This document shows, piece by piece, positions 28,353-38,090 of a stretch of 64,000 nucleotides of DNA (position 1 is the stretch's first letter; every line of letters starts with the position of its first letter). The notes below the pieces were generated by a model. The model saw only the letters and a list, made by a program, of their open reading frames with translations. It was not told the DNA's origin and did no database searches. Location: contig PHBI01000002.1 of the NCBI GenBank assembly GCA_002841945.1, positions 11,972 through 75,971 of the forward strand. Reading direction: 5' to 3'. The position numbers and the translations under genes are program-made. This DNA is from Deltaproteobacteria bacterium HGW-Deltaproteobacteria-14 (GTDB taxonomy: Bacteria > Myxococcota_A > UBA9042 > PHBI01).

Positions 28353-29067
28353 CGTGCCTCCGTGTGCAAGGCACGACAGCTACTATCGCCCGCCGCGACT
28401 GTCCAGCCGACGGGAGCGGTGCGCGTCGTGACGCAGGTGCTGTTGCGCACCGCGGCGACTTGCTGGGCTGCGTCTCTGGCGCCGCTGAGCCTGGGGAGCG
28501 TCAACTCTGGACACGTTCCCTTCGCAGGCGTCCGGTTCAGAGGACGCCTTCTTCAGGTGCCCGGCGACGTGGCAACTGCATGCCTCTTCATCGACTACTC
28601 CCGTGCAGTTGGCGCGGGCCCCGCTGACGATGGTGACCGACGCGCAGCTGCGCTGGCTCGCCAGCGGCTACCCGGTCGAGTTCGTCGGTGCCGGCACCCC
28701 CCACCATCGACCAACCCGGTCGTCACCGGCTTCGACTCGCCGCCCAAGACGGCCCCAGGGCACGCGTGACACGCTGGTTCGCGGTGCCAGTGTGCACGGT
28801 GGTTGCAGTCCACCGGCGTGCACCACGGCCGTCAGCGGCCTTCTCGGCGATGTACTCGCGGAGCGCAGCGACGATGTCCCCGTGACGGTGTCGGTCATCC
28901 GAGATGCGGGTCGAGCCTCCGCCCTACAGAGCGTAGGGCCTTCACTTCGCGACGCGGCTTGCGCGCCGGCGGCGCCACGACCGTCTCCAGCGTCTACGAC
29001 CCCGCGAGCCTCGAGCGCGTTCGGCGACCGCGCCACCCCGGACCCGGTCATGGACCACGAGCGCAGC

Positions 29068-29200
29068 GACCCAATCCGGGTACCAATTTTGTACCAATCC
29101 CCCACAAAACCACTCGAAAACCAGCCACAGGCCGCGACAAGCCAGGATGCCATATGTGAACGATTCCAGTAATCTACAACACACGGCAACACCTGACAAC
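29068..29200 (+). promoter_or_regulatory. Putative integrase arm-type / accessory-factor binding repeats next to the att core
   Basis: GTACCAAT at 29080 and 29091 (11-bp period), a related GACCCAAT at 29068, and CAAC with a 10-bp period at 29177, 29187 and 29197, all in an AT-enriched patch. Confidence 0.45.
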
Positions 29201-29213
29201 AGGAGTCCTGTCC

Positions 29214-29257
29214 GACTTTTAATCCGATGGTCGGGGGTTCGAGTCCCCCGCGACCCA
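29214..29257 (+). mobile_element. Duplicated 3' half of tRNA-Lys(UUU): att site (attR-like) of a tRNA-integrated island lying to the left
   Basis: GACTTTTAATCCGATGGTCGGGGGTTCGAGTCCCCCGCGACCCA gives the anticodon loop CTTTTAA, a T-arm with GGTTCGA and the 3' acceptor strand. No D-arm or 5' acceptor strand (GGGTCG) upstream, and the anticodon stem has a mismatch. Confidence 0.85.
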
Positions 29258-29363
29258 ACGACTTCTCCGCTCGCCCGGCGGTCCTCCCCCCCCGCCCGTC
29301 GGCGCCCCGCGCTCTCGCGTGCCTTAGCTTGTCCGGGGGCGCGGCCGCTGGTACCGTCGCGAA

Positions 29364-29567
29364 ATGACTTTGCACGTCGAGACCGAGCTCGAGGACGATG
29401 GGCGTTGGATCGGCGCCGTGCCCGAGCTGCCCGGCGTGCTCGTCTACGCCGACACCCGCGAGGGCGCGGTCAACGCGGCCGTGACGCTGGCGCTCCGCGT
29501 GCTGGCGGACCGGGCCGAGCACGGCGAGGCGGTGACGCTGCCGTTCACGTTGGCCTTGGTCGCTTGA
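29364..29567 (+). CDS. hicB: HicB-family antitoxin (short form)
   Basis: EDDGRWIGAVPELPGVLVYADTREGA...LADRAEHGE. Confidence 0.9.
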   Translation: MTLHVETELEDDGRWIGAVPELPGVLVYADTREGAVNAAVTLALRVLADRAEHGEAVTLPFTLALVA

Positions 29568-29776
29568 GCGAGTGGCGAGCGACGAAGGCTCGCCGCGTGC
29601 TCGCCGCGTTGCGGCGCATCGGGTGGTCGGAGAAGCGGGCGACCGGCTCGCACCGGGTGCTCGAGCGTGAGGGCTGGCCCAACGTCGTCTTCGCCTTCCA
29701 CGACGGCGAGGAGATCGGCCCCAAGATGCTCGCTCGGCTGGCCCTCGCGACCGGGCTGACCCCGGACGACCTGTAG
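29564..29776 (+). CDS. hicA: HicA-family toxin (mRNA interferase)
   Basis: TTG start overlaps the hicB stop: MSEWRATKARRVLAALRRIGWSEKRATGSHRVLEREGWPNVVFAFHDGEEIGPKMLARLA, with the GSH motif. Confidence 0.9.
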   Translation: MSEWRATKARRVLAALRRIGWSEKRATGSHRVLEREGWPNVVFAFHDGEEIGPKMLARLALATGLTPDDL

Positions 29777-30011
29777 CGCGCTGGCTTCCGCACCCACGCA
29801 TCGCGGTCGCGCTCGAGCAGATCGGCGCTCGAGTTGATCCAGATTGTGGCTCACGACGACACCATCAGGCGCTTGGTCAGCTCGTCGAGAAGTCGGATGC
29901 CGAGGCTCCCGTTGACTCTCGCTGGGCGTCGCCCAGTGCGGCGAACGCCCGGAGATCTTGCTATCTTGGTCCTCTCTCACGGCACCGACAGCTTGCTGTA
30001 CGCGCCCGCCT

Positions 30012-30060
30012 GGTAAAGAATCCGTTCCTAGTCCCGCGGCTTAGGAACGGGGCCGTTACC
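30012..30060. promoter_or_regulatory. Palindromic operator-like site upstream of fic
   Basis: CCGTTCCTA-N11-TAGGAACGG (30022-30050) with outer GGTAA/TTACC arms, just upstream of the GGAGG RBS. Confidence 0.5.
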
Positions 30061-30074
30061 ACGCGGAGGACCCC

Positions 30075-31253
30075 GTGAGAGATCGCGAAGCGGGAAGCTA
30101 CGAGATAACGGCGGTGGCCGGTGAGGCGGTGCGGGCGTTCGTGCCCGCCCCGCTGCCCCCTGGGGCGCCGCCGCTCGACCTCGCCGGCACGCTGCTCGCG
30201 CGCGTCCGCACCGCCGAGGAGGCCATCGTCCGCCTCGAGCTCGCCGGCGCGATGGTGCCGTCGTTGGACTGGTTCATCTACGCCTTCGTGCGCAAGGAAG
30301 CCGTCCTGTCCACACAGATCGAGGGGACCCAGACAACCCTGATGGACCTGCTGACCTTCGAAGCCCCGGACACCAGCGACCAGCCCCCGCCCAACGCCGA
30401 CGTCGAGGAGGTCTGCAACTACCTCGAGGCGATGAGGTTCGCCCGCGAGCAGCTGGCCGACCCGCGCGGCCTGCCGCTCTCCATGCGTCTGCTCAACGCC
30501 ACCCACGCCCTGTTGATGCGCGGCGTCCGCGGCGCCCAGAAGCGCCCGGGCGAGGTACGGCAGAGCCAGAACTGGCTCGGCGGGAGCCGCCCGGGGAACG
30601 CGCTCTACGTCCCGCCGCCCCCTCACCTGCTGCCCGCCCTCCTCGGCGACTTCGAACAGTACATCCACGCCGACGATGGCCTCCCGCCGCTCGTCCGCGC
30701 CGGGCTCCTCCACGTCCAGTTCGAGAGCCTCCACCCGTACCTCGACGGCAACGGGCGCCTCGGCCGCCTGCTCGTCGCGCTGCTGCTCGAACACTGGGGC
30801 CTGCTCAGCCAGCCGCTGCTGTACCTCAGCCTGTTCTTCAAGCGTCACCGCCCGACCTATTACCAACGCCTCGACGCCGTGCGCGCCGAGGGCGACTGGG
30901 AGGGCTGGCTCGACTTCTTCCTCGACGGCGTCGCGACGGTCGCTGACGAAGCCGTCGCGAGCGCGCGCGACCTGTTCGCCCTGGTGGCGGACGACCGCCG
31001 CCGGGTCCTCGCGCACGACGGCACGACCGTCGTGGCGGCGCGCCTCTTCGAGCTCCTGCCGCGCCACCCGATCGTCACCAACGCCTGGGCCGTCGCGCAC
31101 CTGGCCACGACGAAGCCGACCGCCGCGCGCGCGATCGAGGCGCTGGTGGGCGCCGCCGTCCTGGTCGAGGTCACCGGCCGCAAGCGCGACCGCAGCTACG
31201 CCTACCGAGCCTACCTCGACCGCCTCCGCGTCGGCACCGAGCTCGACGCCTGA
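30075..31253 (+). CDS. Fic/DOC family protein with C-terminal wHTH-like region
   Basis: Fic motif HPYLDGNGRLGR; inhibitory-helix-like STQIEG; GGAGG RBS before the GTG start. Confidence 0.93.
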   Translation: MRDREAGSYEITAVAGEAVRAFVPAPLPPGAPPLDLAGTLLARVRTAEEAIVRLELAGAMVPSLDWFIYAFVRKEAVLSTQIEGTQTTLMDLLTFEAPDTSDQPPPNADVEEVCNYLEAMRFAREQLADPRGLPLSMRLLNATHALLMRGVRGAQKRPGEVRQSQNWLGGSRPGNALYVPPPPHLLPALLGDFEQYIHADDGLPPLVRAGLLHVQFESLHPYLDGNGRLGRLLVALLLEHWGLLSQPLLYLSLFFKRHRPTYYQRLDAVRAEGDWEGWLDFFLDGVATVADEAVASARDLFALVADDRRRVLAHDGTTVVAARLFELLPRHPIVTNAWAVAHLATTKPTAARAIEALVGAAVLVEVTGRKRDRSYAYRAYLDRLRVGTELDA

Positions 31254-31305
31254 CCAGACAGGAGGCCACAGGGCCGCATCGAGGCCCGTCGCGGTGGTCT
31301 CCGTC

Positions 31306-31397
31306 GACACCCGCGAGGGCGCGGTCAGCGCCGCCTTGGCGCTGGCGCTCCACGTGCTGGCGGACCGGGCCGAGCACGGCGAGGCGGTGGCGCTGCC
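31306..31397 (+). repeat. Partial second copy of hicB (direct repeat of 29451-29542)
   Basis: 92-bp near-identical sequence GACACCCGCGAGGGCGCGGTC...GCTGGCGGACCGGGCCGAGCACGGCGAGGCGGTG.CGCTGCC; no start codon or 5' part. Confidence 0.9.
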
Positions 31398-31454
31398 CTG
31401 CTGAGGCGTTTCGGGTCCACCGACGGCAGGCCAGGACGGCCTTGCGCAGGTTCA

Positions 31455-33104
31455 TCACGCGTCGAGGTGGTGCACGGCGGCCGCGGCGAAGGCGTCGTGG
31501 GCGGTCGTCTTGTCGGCGAGGTGCTGCTCCAGCCGGTCGAGCAGGCCCGTCAGCTCATCGACCTTCGCGACGATGCGCTTCTGCTCCGCCATCGGAGGGA
31601 TGCCGACCTGCGCTCCGAGCAGTACCGGCTGGGTCAACTTTCGGCGATTCGTGGTGCCCGAAGTTGCATCAATGAACGGGTAGAACATCAGCATCATGTT
31701 GAGATACTGCGGCGCCACAGCAACGCTCGGTCGCAAGACGTGTGCATGGTTGTTGACCCATGTTCGGCCCTCGATGAGGTAGGAAAATGGCTTGGTTCGC
31801 CCGATGAACGTCTCGTCCTCCACGACCAACACAAGGGGCTCATCGAACAACGCCTCGTCTATCCACCCCACCTGACCGTTGGCCCCATAGTAGGGCACAT
31901 CGCCCGCTCTCTCCGCCCTCTTGGCCTTGCTGACGGGAACACGAAGATGGTCGTAGGAGTAGGCGATGTCGTAGACGCACGCATCGGCCCACTCGACGGG
32001 CGGTTGCCACTCCCGCCGAATCCGCACTCCTGGGTGCTTCGCGAGCCTGATCCGCTTCTGCTGCGCCATTTCCGTGCGCTCGGCCTTCGCCCGCTCCAGC
32101 AGCGCGCTGGCCGGCTCGTCGTTCGGGTCCTGCGGCACCAGCCGACCGCGCACGGCGAGCTGGAGCACGGTCTGCCGCAGCGGGTCCACGTCGGCGGGGG
32201 CGGTGAACAGGTCGTCCATCCGCTCCGCGATGCGGTCCCACGCGACCTCGACCTCATCCGGGGTCTCGGCGTCCCGAAGGGCGGCGAGCGCGGCGTCGCG
32301 CAGTGCCGTGCGGGTGGCCTCGCGGGCGTTCCGGGCGGCCTCCAGCCGGTCGAGCAGGCCCATCAGCTCATCGACGCGGGCGACGATGCGCTTCTGCTCG
32401 GCGAGGGGGGGCACGGGTACCGCGTAGGCCGCCAGGGATCTGCCAGTGAGGTGCTTGATTGTCGCACCCGTGAACAGGTCTGCGAGACGCCCTCCCGACG
32501 AGTCGCACCGCAGGAGGTAGGCCAAGTACCACGACGAGATGCCACAGTAGGGCCGGGCTCGGTGCAGCGCCTTCTGGTAAACCATGCCGGCGACCGACTC
32601 GTCGCAGACCGCAGCACGGCCTGGCTCGCCTCCTTCGCAGATGACCAGGTCGCCGACTGCGAGTGAGCACTCGTCAACCTCACTGTCCTCCAGACGAAGC
32701 TGTTTGAGGTCGTCGAGTACGAACTCGAACCACTGGAGATTGGCGTTCCGAAGGTATGGACGGAGCGGACCCGAGTTCTTTGCCTTGTCGAGCATCTTGC
32801 CCAAGCGAGCATCGGTGATGGTTCCGAATCGTGTCCAAGCCCACCCTTCCGGCACGTCGAACGGAGTCTCGTCCCTCGAAACCCCCGTCGTCGCCTTCGG
32901 GGTTCGGATCTCACCGGCCTTGTGGAGCCGCGCCTTCTCCGCCGCGATGCGCTTGAGCAGCACGCTTGCAGGTTCGTCCTCGGGGTCCTGCGGCACGAGC
33001 TTTCCGCGCACCGCGAGCTGGAGCACCAGTTCCCGCAGTCGCTTCACCCCGTCCGGGGCTTCAGCCAGCGTGTCGAACGCCGCGATCAAGTCCTGCGGCG
33101 TCAT
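31455..33104 (-). CDS. hsdS: Type I R-M specificity subunit
   Basis: Two repeats of LQLAVRG(K/R)LVPQDP.DEPAS.LL and PP(L/M)AEQKRIVA(R/K)VDEL.GLLDRLE flanking two TRDs (EcoAI-like layout). Confidence 0.93.
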   Translation of the reverse strand: MTPQDLIAAFDTLAEAPDGVKRLRELVLQLAVRGKLVPQDPEDEPASVLLKRIAAEKARLHKAGEIRTPKATTGVSRDETPFDVPEGWAWTRFGTITDARLGKMLDKAKNSGPLRPYLRNANLQWFEFVLDDLKQLRLEDSEVDECSLAVGDLVICEGGEPGRAAVCDESVAGMVYQKALHRARPYCGISSWYLAYLLRCDSSGGRLADLFTGATIKHLTGRSLAAYAVPVPPLAEQKRIVARVDELMGLLDRLEAARNAREATRTALRDAALAALRDAETPDEVEVAWDRIAERMDDLFTAPADVDPLRQTVLQLAVRGRLVPQDPNDEPASALLERAKAERTEMAQQKRIRLAKHPGVRIRREWQPPVEWADACVYDIAYSYDHLRVPVSKAKRAERAGDVPYYGANGQVGWIDEALFDEPLVLVVEDETFIGRTKPFSYLIEGRTWVNNHAHVLRPSVAVAPQYLNMMLMFYPFIDATSGTTNRRKLTQPVLLGAQVGIPPMAEQKRIVAKVDELTGLLDRLEQHLADKTTAHDAFAAAAVHHLDA

Positions 33105-34636
33105 CCCTGGCCTCCGCCCGCGAGGGCCGCGGCGAGCACCTGGCGCAGCTCCTCACGCAGCGCCGCCGCTGCCGCCCGCTCCTTGTCGAAGCGCGCCAGC
33201 AGGTCGTCGGGGTCCTCGTGATTCGTGCCCGGGGCGTTCGGGTTGGTGATGTCGAGGTTGAAGCCGCGCTCGCGGAGCTGGTCGAGGCTGACCTTCCAGG
33301 CGTTCTCGCTCTCCTGGCGGTCGTTCCACCACGCCTTCTCGGGCGCGAACTCCTCGATGCGCATGGGCTTGGTCTTCGAGTAGCTCTTGTAGCCCGGCGG
33401 GTACGGGTGCTCGTAGTACCAGACCTCGGTGGTCGGGCGGCCCTTCTCGAAGAACAGCACGTTGGTCTTGATGCTCGTGTAGGGCGCGAAGACGCCCTTG
33501 GGCAGCCGGACGATGGTGTGCAGGTCGCACTCGGCCAGCAGGCGCTCCTTGATGCGGGTCTTGACGCCCTCGCCAAACAGCGTCCCGTCCGGCAGCACGA
33601 CGGCGGCCCGGCCGCCGGGCTTGAGCAGCTCGATGATGAGGACGAGGAACAGGTCGGCCGTCTCCCGGGTGCGGAAGTCGGCCGGGAAGTTGTTCTCGAT
33701 GCCGTCCTCCTCCATCCCGCCAAACGGCGGGTTGGTGACCACCACGTCCACGCGGTCGCGCATGGAGATGTCGCGCAGCGGGCGCGACAGGGTGTTGTCG
33801 TGAACCACGCCGACCGGCACGTCGATGCCGTGGACGATCATGTTGGTGACGCACAAGAGGTGCGGCAGCGGCTTCTTCTCGACCCCGCGGACGCTGGCCT
33901 GGAGCTGGGCCTCCTGGTCGGGGGTCCGCACGTCGCGCTTGCGAATGTTCTCGATGGCGCAGGCGAGGAAGCCGCCGGTGCCGCAGGCGGGGTCGAGGAT
34001 GATCTCGCCGAGGCGCGGGTTCACCATGTCCACGGCGAACTGCGTGACCGCGCGCGGGGTGTAGTACTCGCCCGCGTTGCCCGCGCCCTGCAGATCCTTG
34101 AGGACCTTCTCGTAGAGGTCGCCGAAGAGGTGCCGGTTGGTGGCGTCGTTGAAGTCGATGTCGCCCTGCATCTTGTTGATGACCTGCCGCAGCAGGGTGC
34201 CGGACTTCATGTACTGGTAGGCGTCGGCGAACACGCCCTTGACGAGGAGACGGCGGCGGCGGAGAGCCTGCGCGGCCCGCGCCTCCGCGTCGTCGGCCTC
34301 GATCTTGGGGCCGACCTCCATGCCCTTGAGCGCGGAGAACAGGGTGTTGTTGGCGAAGTCGAGCAGCCTGTCCCCGGTGATTCCCTCGGGGTCGGAAGCC
34401 CAGGCGGACCAGCGCAGGTCCTTGGCCGTCTGGGTCTCGCCGCCCTCCTGCCAGGTGACGTTCACCAGGGGGGAGGCGAAGTCCGGCTCCATCAGCGCCA
34501 GCTCTTGCTCGCGGTCGTCCCAGATCTTGAGGAAGAGGAGCCAGACGAGCTGGCCGATGCGCTGGGCGTCGCCGTCGACGCCGACGTCCTTGCGCATGAT
34601 GTCCTGGATGGACTTGACGGTGGTGTTCAGGGACAC
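33101..34636 (-). CDS. hsdM: Type I R-M N6-adenine methyltransferase
   Basis: VKSIQDIMRKD, GEYYTPR, DPACGTGGFL and NPPF; likely GTG start at 34636. Confidence 0.95.
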   Translation of the reverse strand: MSLNTTVKSIQDIMRKDVGVDGDAQRIGQLVWLLFLKIWDDREQELALMEPDFASPLVNVTWQEGGETQTAKDLRWSAWASDPEGITGDRLLDFANNTLFSALKGMEVGPKIEADDAEARAAQALRRRRLLVKGVFADAYQYMKSGTLLRQVINKMQGDIDFNDATNRHLFGDLYEKVLKDLQGAGNAGEYYTPRAVTQFAVDMVNPRLGEIILDPACGTGGFLACAIENIRKRDVRTPDQEAQLQASVRGVEKKPLPHLLCVTNMIVHGIDVPVGVVHDNTLSRPLRDISMRDRVDVVVTNPPFGGMEEDGIENNFPADFRTRETADLFLVLIIELLKPGGRAAVVLPDGTLFGEGVKTRIKERLLAECDLHTIVRLPKGVFAPYTSIKTNVLFFEKGRPTTEVWYYEHPYPPGYKSYSKTKPMRIEEFAPEKAWWNDRQESENAWKVSLDQLRERGFNLDITNPNAPGTNHEDPDDLLARFDKERAAAAALREELRQVLAAALAGGGQG

Positions 34637-34736
34637 GGGGTAGGCCTCGGTCAGGGATGGCAGTGGATGGGCGGGGCGACGGGCGGGGCGATGTCGGGGC
34701 GGCGGCGCTCGCCAGCGCCCGAGACAAGGCGGCGCG

Positions 34737-37067
34737 TCAGCCCGTCGGGCGGTACAGCTCGGTCTCCAGCTCGCGCACGGCGGCGCGATAGGCGTCAAGG
34801 GTGCCGAAGCGGTTGACCAGCTGCACGGGCGTTCCCAGCGCGGAGATGGGCTGCACGCGGAGGATGGCGGGGTCCTCGACCGGCGCCAGGCCCTCGTCGG
34901 CGTACTTGTCGAGCAGGGCGTTCAGCACGGCGCGGGCGGGCTCGCCGTACTTCGTGAAGACGTCGCGCTTCTTGACGTTGTCGGCGCGCTCGCGGCGGGT
35001 GAGCGGCGGGCGGCCGTAGACGACGTGGCAGACCAGGTCGAAGGCGTCCAGGTCGCGGCCGACCTGCTCTCGCAGCTCCTCGAACAGGACGCCCTGCTCG
35101 GCCAGCTCGTCGATGACGGCGGCCTTCCGCTCGGCGGCGGTCCAGCGGCGGAGGAAGTCGTCGAGGCTGGCGAACTGCTGCAACACGGTCTGCTTGGTGT
35201 AGTCGACGAGGGACTCGGTGATGAGCTTGCCGTCCTTGCCGTAGTACTGCACGCGCTCGCCCAGGACCTGGACCCGGACCGGGGTGACGACGTAGCGGGT
35301 CGCGCCGTCGGTGGACGGGTCGCCGAGGGGGTCGCCGTCGCCGGGGGTGTCGTCAGGGGGCGTGGGCGGGTCGTAGGGGCCCGGCTCGTAGATGATGACC
35401 GGGTCGCCGTCGAAGCTCGGGTCGGCGAACAGCTCGGTCGCCTTCTTGAAGTCCATGATGGTGAACCAGAGCTTGTCGGCCGCTTCGTGGATGCGGGTGC
35501 CGCGGCCGATGATCTGCTTGAACTCGATCATCGACTCGATCCGCTGGTCGAGGACGATGAGCTTGCAGGTCTTGGCGTCGACGCCAGTTGTCAGGAGCTT
35601 CGAGGTCGTGGCGATGACCGGGTAGCGGTGCTCGGGGTGGATGAAGTTGTCGAGCTGCCCCTTGCCTTCGTCGTTGTCGCCGGTGATGCGGACGATGAAC
35701 CTCGCGGTGTTGGTGGCCTCGTCGGGGCGGCGGAGCGCTACCTCGTTGGCCAGGGCAGAGCGCATGCGCTCGGCGTGGTCGATGTCCTGGCAGAAGACGA
35801 TGGTCTTGCCGTAGGGGTCGGTGGCGCCGAGGTAAGCGACGACCTTCTCGGCGACGCGCTTGGTGCGTTGGTTGAGCACGAGCACGCGGTCCATGTCTTT
35901 TTGGTTGTAGACGCGGTCCTCGATCTCCTGACCGAGGTCGTCTTTCATCCCCTTGGGGGGGCGCCAGCCTTGGAGGTCGACGTCGAGGTCGATGCGGACG
36001 ACCTTGTAGGGGGCGAGGAAGCCATCGTCGATGCCCTGCTTGAGGCTGTACTCGTAGACCGGGTCGCCGAAGTAGCTGAGCGTCGAGACCTCCTTGGTCT
36101 CCTTGGGAGTCGCGGTGAGGCCGAGCTGGATGGCGGGCTCGAAGTAGTCGAGGATCTCGCGCCACGCGCTGTCCTCGCGGGCGCTGCCGCGGTGGCACTC
36201 GTCGATGACGATGAGGTCGAAGAAGTCGGGGCTGAACTGCTTGTAGACGTTCTTCTCCTCCTCGGTCCCGGTGACGGCCTGGTAGAGCGCGAGGTAGACC
36301 TCGTAGGCCGGATCCATGTCGCGGTTTCTGACCTTGGTCATCACCGACCCGAACGGCTTGAAGTCGTTGGTGATGGTCTGGTCGGCCAGGATGTTGCGGT
36401 CGACGAGGTAGAGCACCCGCTTGACGCGCTCGGCCTTCCAGAGGCGCCAGATGATCTGGAAGACGGTGAGGGTCTTGCCCGTGCCGGTGGCCATCACGAG
36501 GAGGATGCGGCGCTGGCCGGCGGCGATGGCCTCGACCGTGCGCTGGACGGCGATGCGCTGGTAGTAGCGCGGCTCCTTGCCGCCGGGGTCGTCGTAGTAC
36601 GGCTGGCGAGCGAGCTTCTCGGTCGCGTCGGTGAGGCCCTTCCACGCACGGTAGCGGGTCCAGAGGTCTTCGGGCGACGGGAACGCGTCGAGCGCGAGCG
36701 AGCGCTCGAGGGGCTGGGAGAGGCCGGTCCTGTCGTGGAACAGGAAACCATCGCCGTTGGACGCGAAGACGAAGGGGACGTCGAGGGTTTCGGCGTACCC
36801 GAGCGCCTGCGCCATGCCACCACCCACGGGGTGGTGGTTGTCCTTGGCCTCGACGACGGCGAGGGGGAGGTTCGCCTGGTAGAAGAGCAAGTAGTCGGCG
36901 CGCTTCTTCTTACCCCGATGGGCGAGCTTTCCACGGACGATGACCCGCCCGGCGGTGAAGGAGAACTCGCGGCGGATCTGCGTGTGCTTGTCCCAGCCGG
37001 CCTGGATGATCGCCGGCGTGATGAAGTTCTGGCAGATCTCGGTCTCGTTCTGGGACTTCTTGCTCAC
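34737..37067 (-). CDS. hsdR: Type I R-M restriction subunit (EcoAI/EcoEI family)
   Basis: ADYLL...VVEAK nuclease motif, [28 protein letters not shown] and an EcoEI-R-like C-terminus. Confidence 0.95.
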   Translation of the reverse strand: MSKKSQNETEICQNFITPAIIQAGWDKHTQIRREFSFTAGRVIVRGKLAHRGKKKRADYLLFYQANLPLAVVEAKDNHHPVGGGMAQALGYAETLDVPFVFASNGDGFLFHDRTGLSQPLERSLALDAFPSPEDLWTRYRAWKGLTDATEKLARQPYYDDPGGKEPRYYQRIAVQRTVEAIAAGQRRILLVMATGTGKTLTVFQIIWRLWKAERVKRVLYLVDRNILADQTITNDFKPFGSVMTKVRNRDMDPAYEVYLALYQAVTGTEEEKNVYKQFSPDFFDLIVIDECHRGSAREDSAWREILDYFEPAIQLGLTATPKETKEVSTLSYFGDPVYEYSLKQGIDDGFLAPYKVVRIDLDVDLQGWRPPKGMKDDLGQEIEDRVYNQKDMDRVLVLNQRTKRVAEKVVAYLGATDPYGKTIVFCQDIDHAERMRSALANEVALRRPDEATNTARFIVRITGDNDEGKGQLDNFIHPEHRYPVIATTSKLLTTGVDAKTCKLIVLDQRIESMIEFKQIIGRGTRIHEAADKLWFTIMDFKKATELFADPSFDGDPVIIYEPGPYDPPTPPDDTPGDGDPLGDPSTDGATRYVVTPVRVQVLGERVQYYGKDGKLITESLVDYTKQTVLQQFASLDDFLRRWTAAERKAAVIDELAEQGVLFEELREQVGRDLDAFDLVCHVVYGRPPLTRRERADNVKKRDVFTKYGEPARAVLNALLDKYADEGLAPVEDPAILRVQPISALGTPVQLVNRFGTLDAYRAAVRELETELYRPTG

Positions 37068-37181
37068 GCAGGCGGCCTCCCAACGTCGTGCCGCGGTCGC
37101 GACCGCAGCGGCGCGAGCCTCTCACGCCGGTCGCCAAGGTTCAACGTCACCCGGCCCCCCCCCGCGCGACCGCACCCCAGG

Positions 37182-37320
37182 CCGATCCGGAACGGCATCG
37201 ACCCGATCCCGAACGGCATCGAGCCGATCCCGAACGGTATCGGGCCGATCCCGAACGGCATCGGGCCGATCCCGAACGCTCTCGACCCGATCCCGAACGG
37301 CATCGGGCCGATCCCGAACG
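37182..37320. repeat. 21-bp tandem array (about 6.6 copies, consensus CCGATCCCGAACGGCATCGGG)
   Basis: Units start at 37182, 37203, 37224, 37245, 37266 and 37287, with a partial unit at 37308; no spacers. Confidence 0.95.
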
Positions 37321-37325
37321 CGGGA

Positions 37326-38090
37326 TCAGGTCGTTGGGGCTGGTGCGTCGGCGGGCGGAGCCTGGCGGGCTCGGCGCTTCTGGTTCAGCCGCTGGTTGCG
37401 CTCGTAGGCGCTCGCGAAGCGGCGGGCGTCGGCGGTGTTGCGGAAGGCGTAGCGGCCGGCGTCGCGGATGTCGGTCATGGCGTCGTCGAGCGCCGTCCAG
37501 GCGCGGTCGCGCAGCGCCAGGGCGCTCGCCATCGCCTCGTCCGTCCGGTACTCCGCCAGCCCGGCGCGGATGGCGTCGGACAGCTGGCGCAGCTGGGTCA
37601 CCGCCCCCTCGGCGTCGAAGGTCTGGTCCGACGCGAAGCCGGCGAGCTGCTGCTGCACCAGCTCGCCGAGGTCGACCAGGTCCTGCACCAGGTCCGCCAC
37701 GCCCACGCCCTCGACGATGCGGTCGAGCGCCCCCATCACCAGCCGCGCGTCGCGCAGGTTCCAGCGGATGGCCGCGACCACGCTCGCCCGCAGGGCCAGG
37801 CCCTCGTCCTCGAGCGCCCGCTGCTCCTCGGGCTTGCGCGGCGAACGCACCGCCGCCCAGCGCGCCTGCGCCTCCCGCGCCGCCTCGAGACGCTGGCGCG
37901 CCTCACCGAGACGCTCCGCCGGCAGACCGACCGCCGTCAGCTTCGCCGACACCTCGGCCGGCTCGAGCCAGACCAGCGCGTCCAACGCCTCCTGAAAGTA
38001 GATGTGGGCCGGGATGTCCGGCCGCCGCACCTCGGCCGCAGGGATCGCCTCGAGCTCAGCACGCAACGCCTCAAGAACAGTCGCAGACAC
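37326..38090 (-). CDS. Uncharacterised all-helical protein (254 aa)
   Basis: GTG at 38090 with GGAGG RBS; PDIPAHIYFQEA...DLVQDLVDLGEL...LRDRAWTAL...IRDAGRYAF. The longer track start (38576) runs through repeats. Confidence 0.8.
   Translation of the reverse strand: MSATVLEALRAELEAIPAAEVRRPDIPAHIYFQEALDALVWLEPAEVSAKLTAVGLPAERLGEARQRLEAAREAQARWAAVRSPRKPEEQRALEDEGLALRASVVAAIRWNLRDARLVMGALDRIVEGVGVADLVQDLVDLGELVQQQLAGFASDQTFDAEGAVTQLRQLSDAIRAGLAEYRTDEAMASALALRDRAWTALDDAMTDIRDAGRYAFRNTADARRFASAYERNQRLNQKRRARQAPPADAPAPTT

Noticed and set aside
28380-29060. Integrase or other gene beside the att site
   Set aside because: No R-H-R-Y tyrosine-recombinase or serine-recombinase motifs; only degraded fragments (e.g. 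DIVAALREYIAEK on the minus strand, possibly an RHH remnant).
29185-29260. Complete tRNA-Lys gene
   Set aside because: 5' acceptor strand and D-arm are absent and the anticodon stem has a C-C mismatch; treated as an att fragment.
28668-29801. 377-aa minus-strand ORF
   Set aside because: Runs antisense across hicBA and the tRNA fragment; low-complexity translation.
37182-37320. CRISPR array
   Set aside because: Head-to-tail 21-bp units with no unique spacers and no cas genes.
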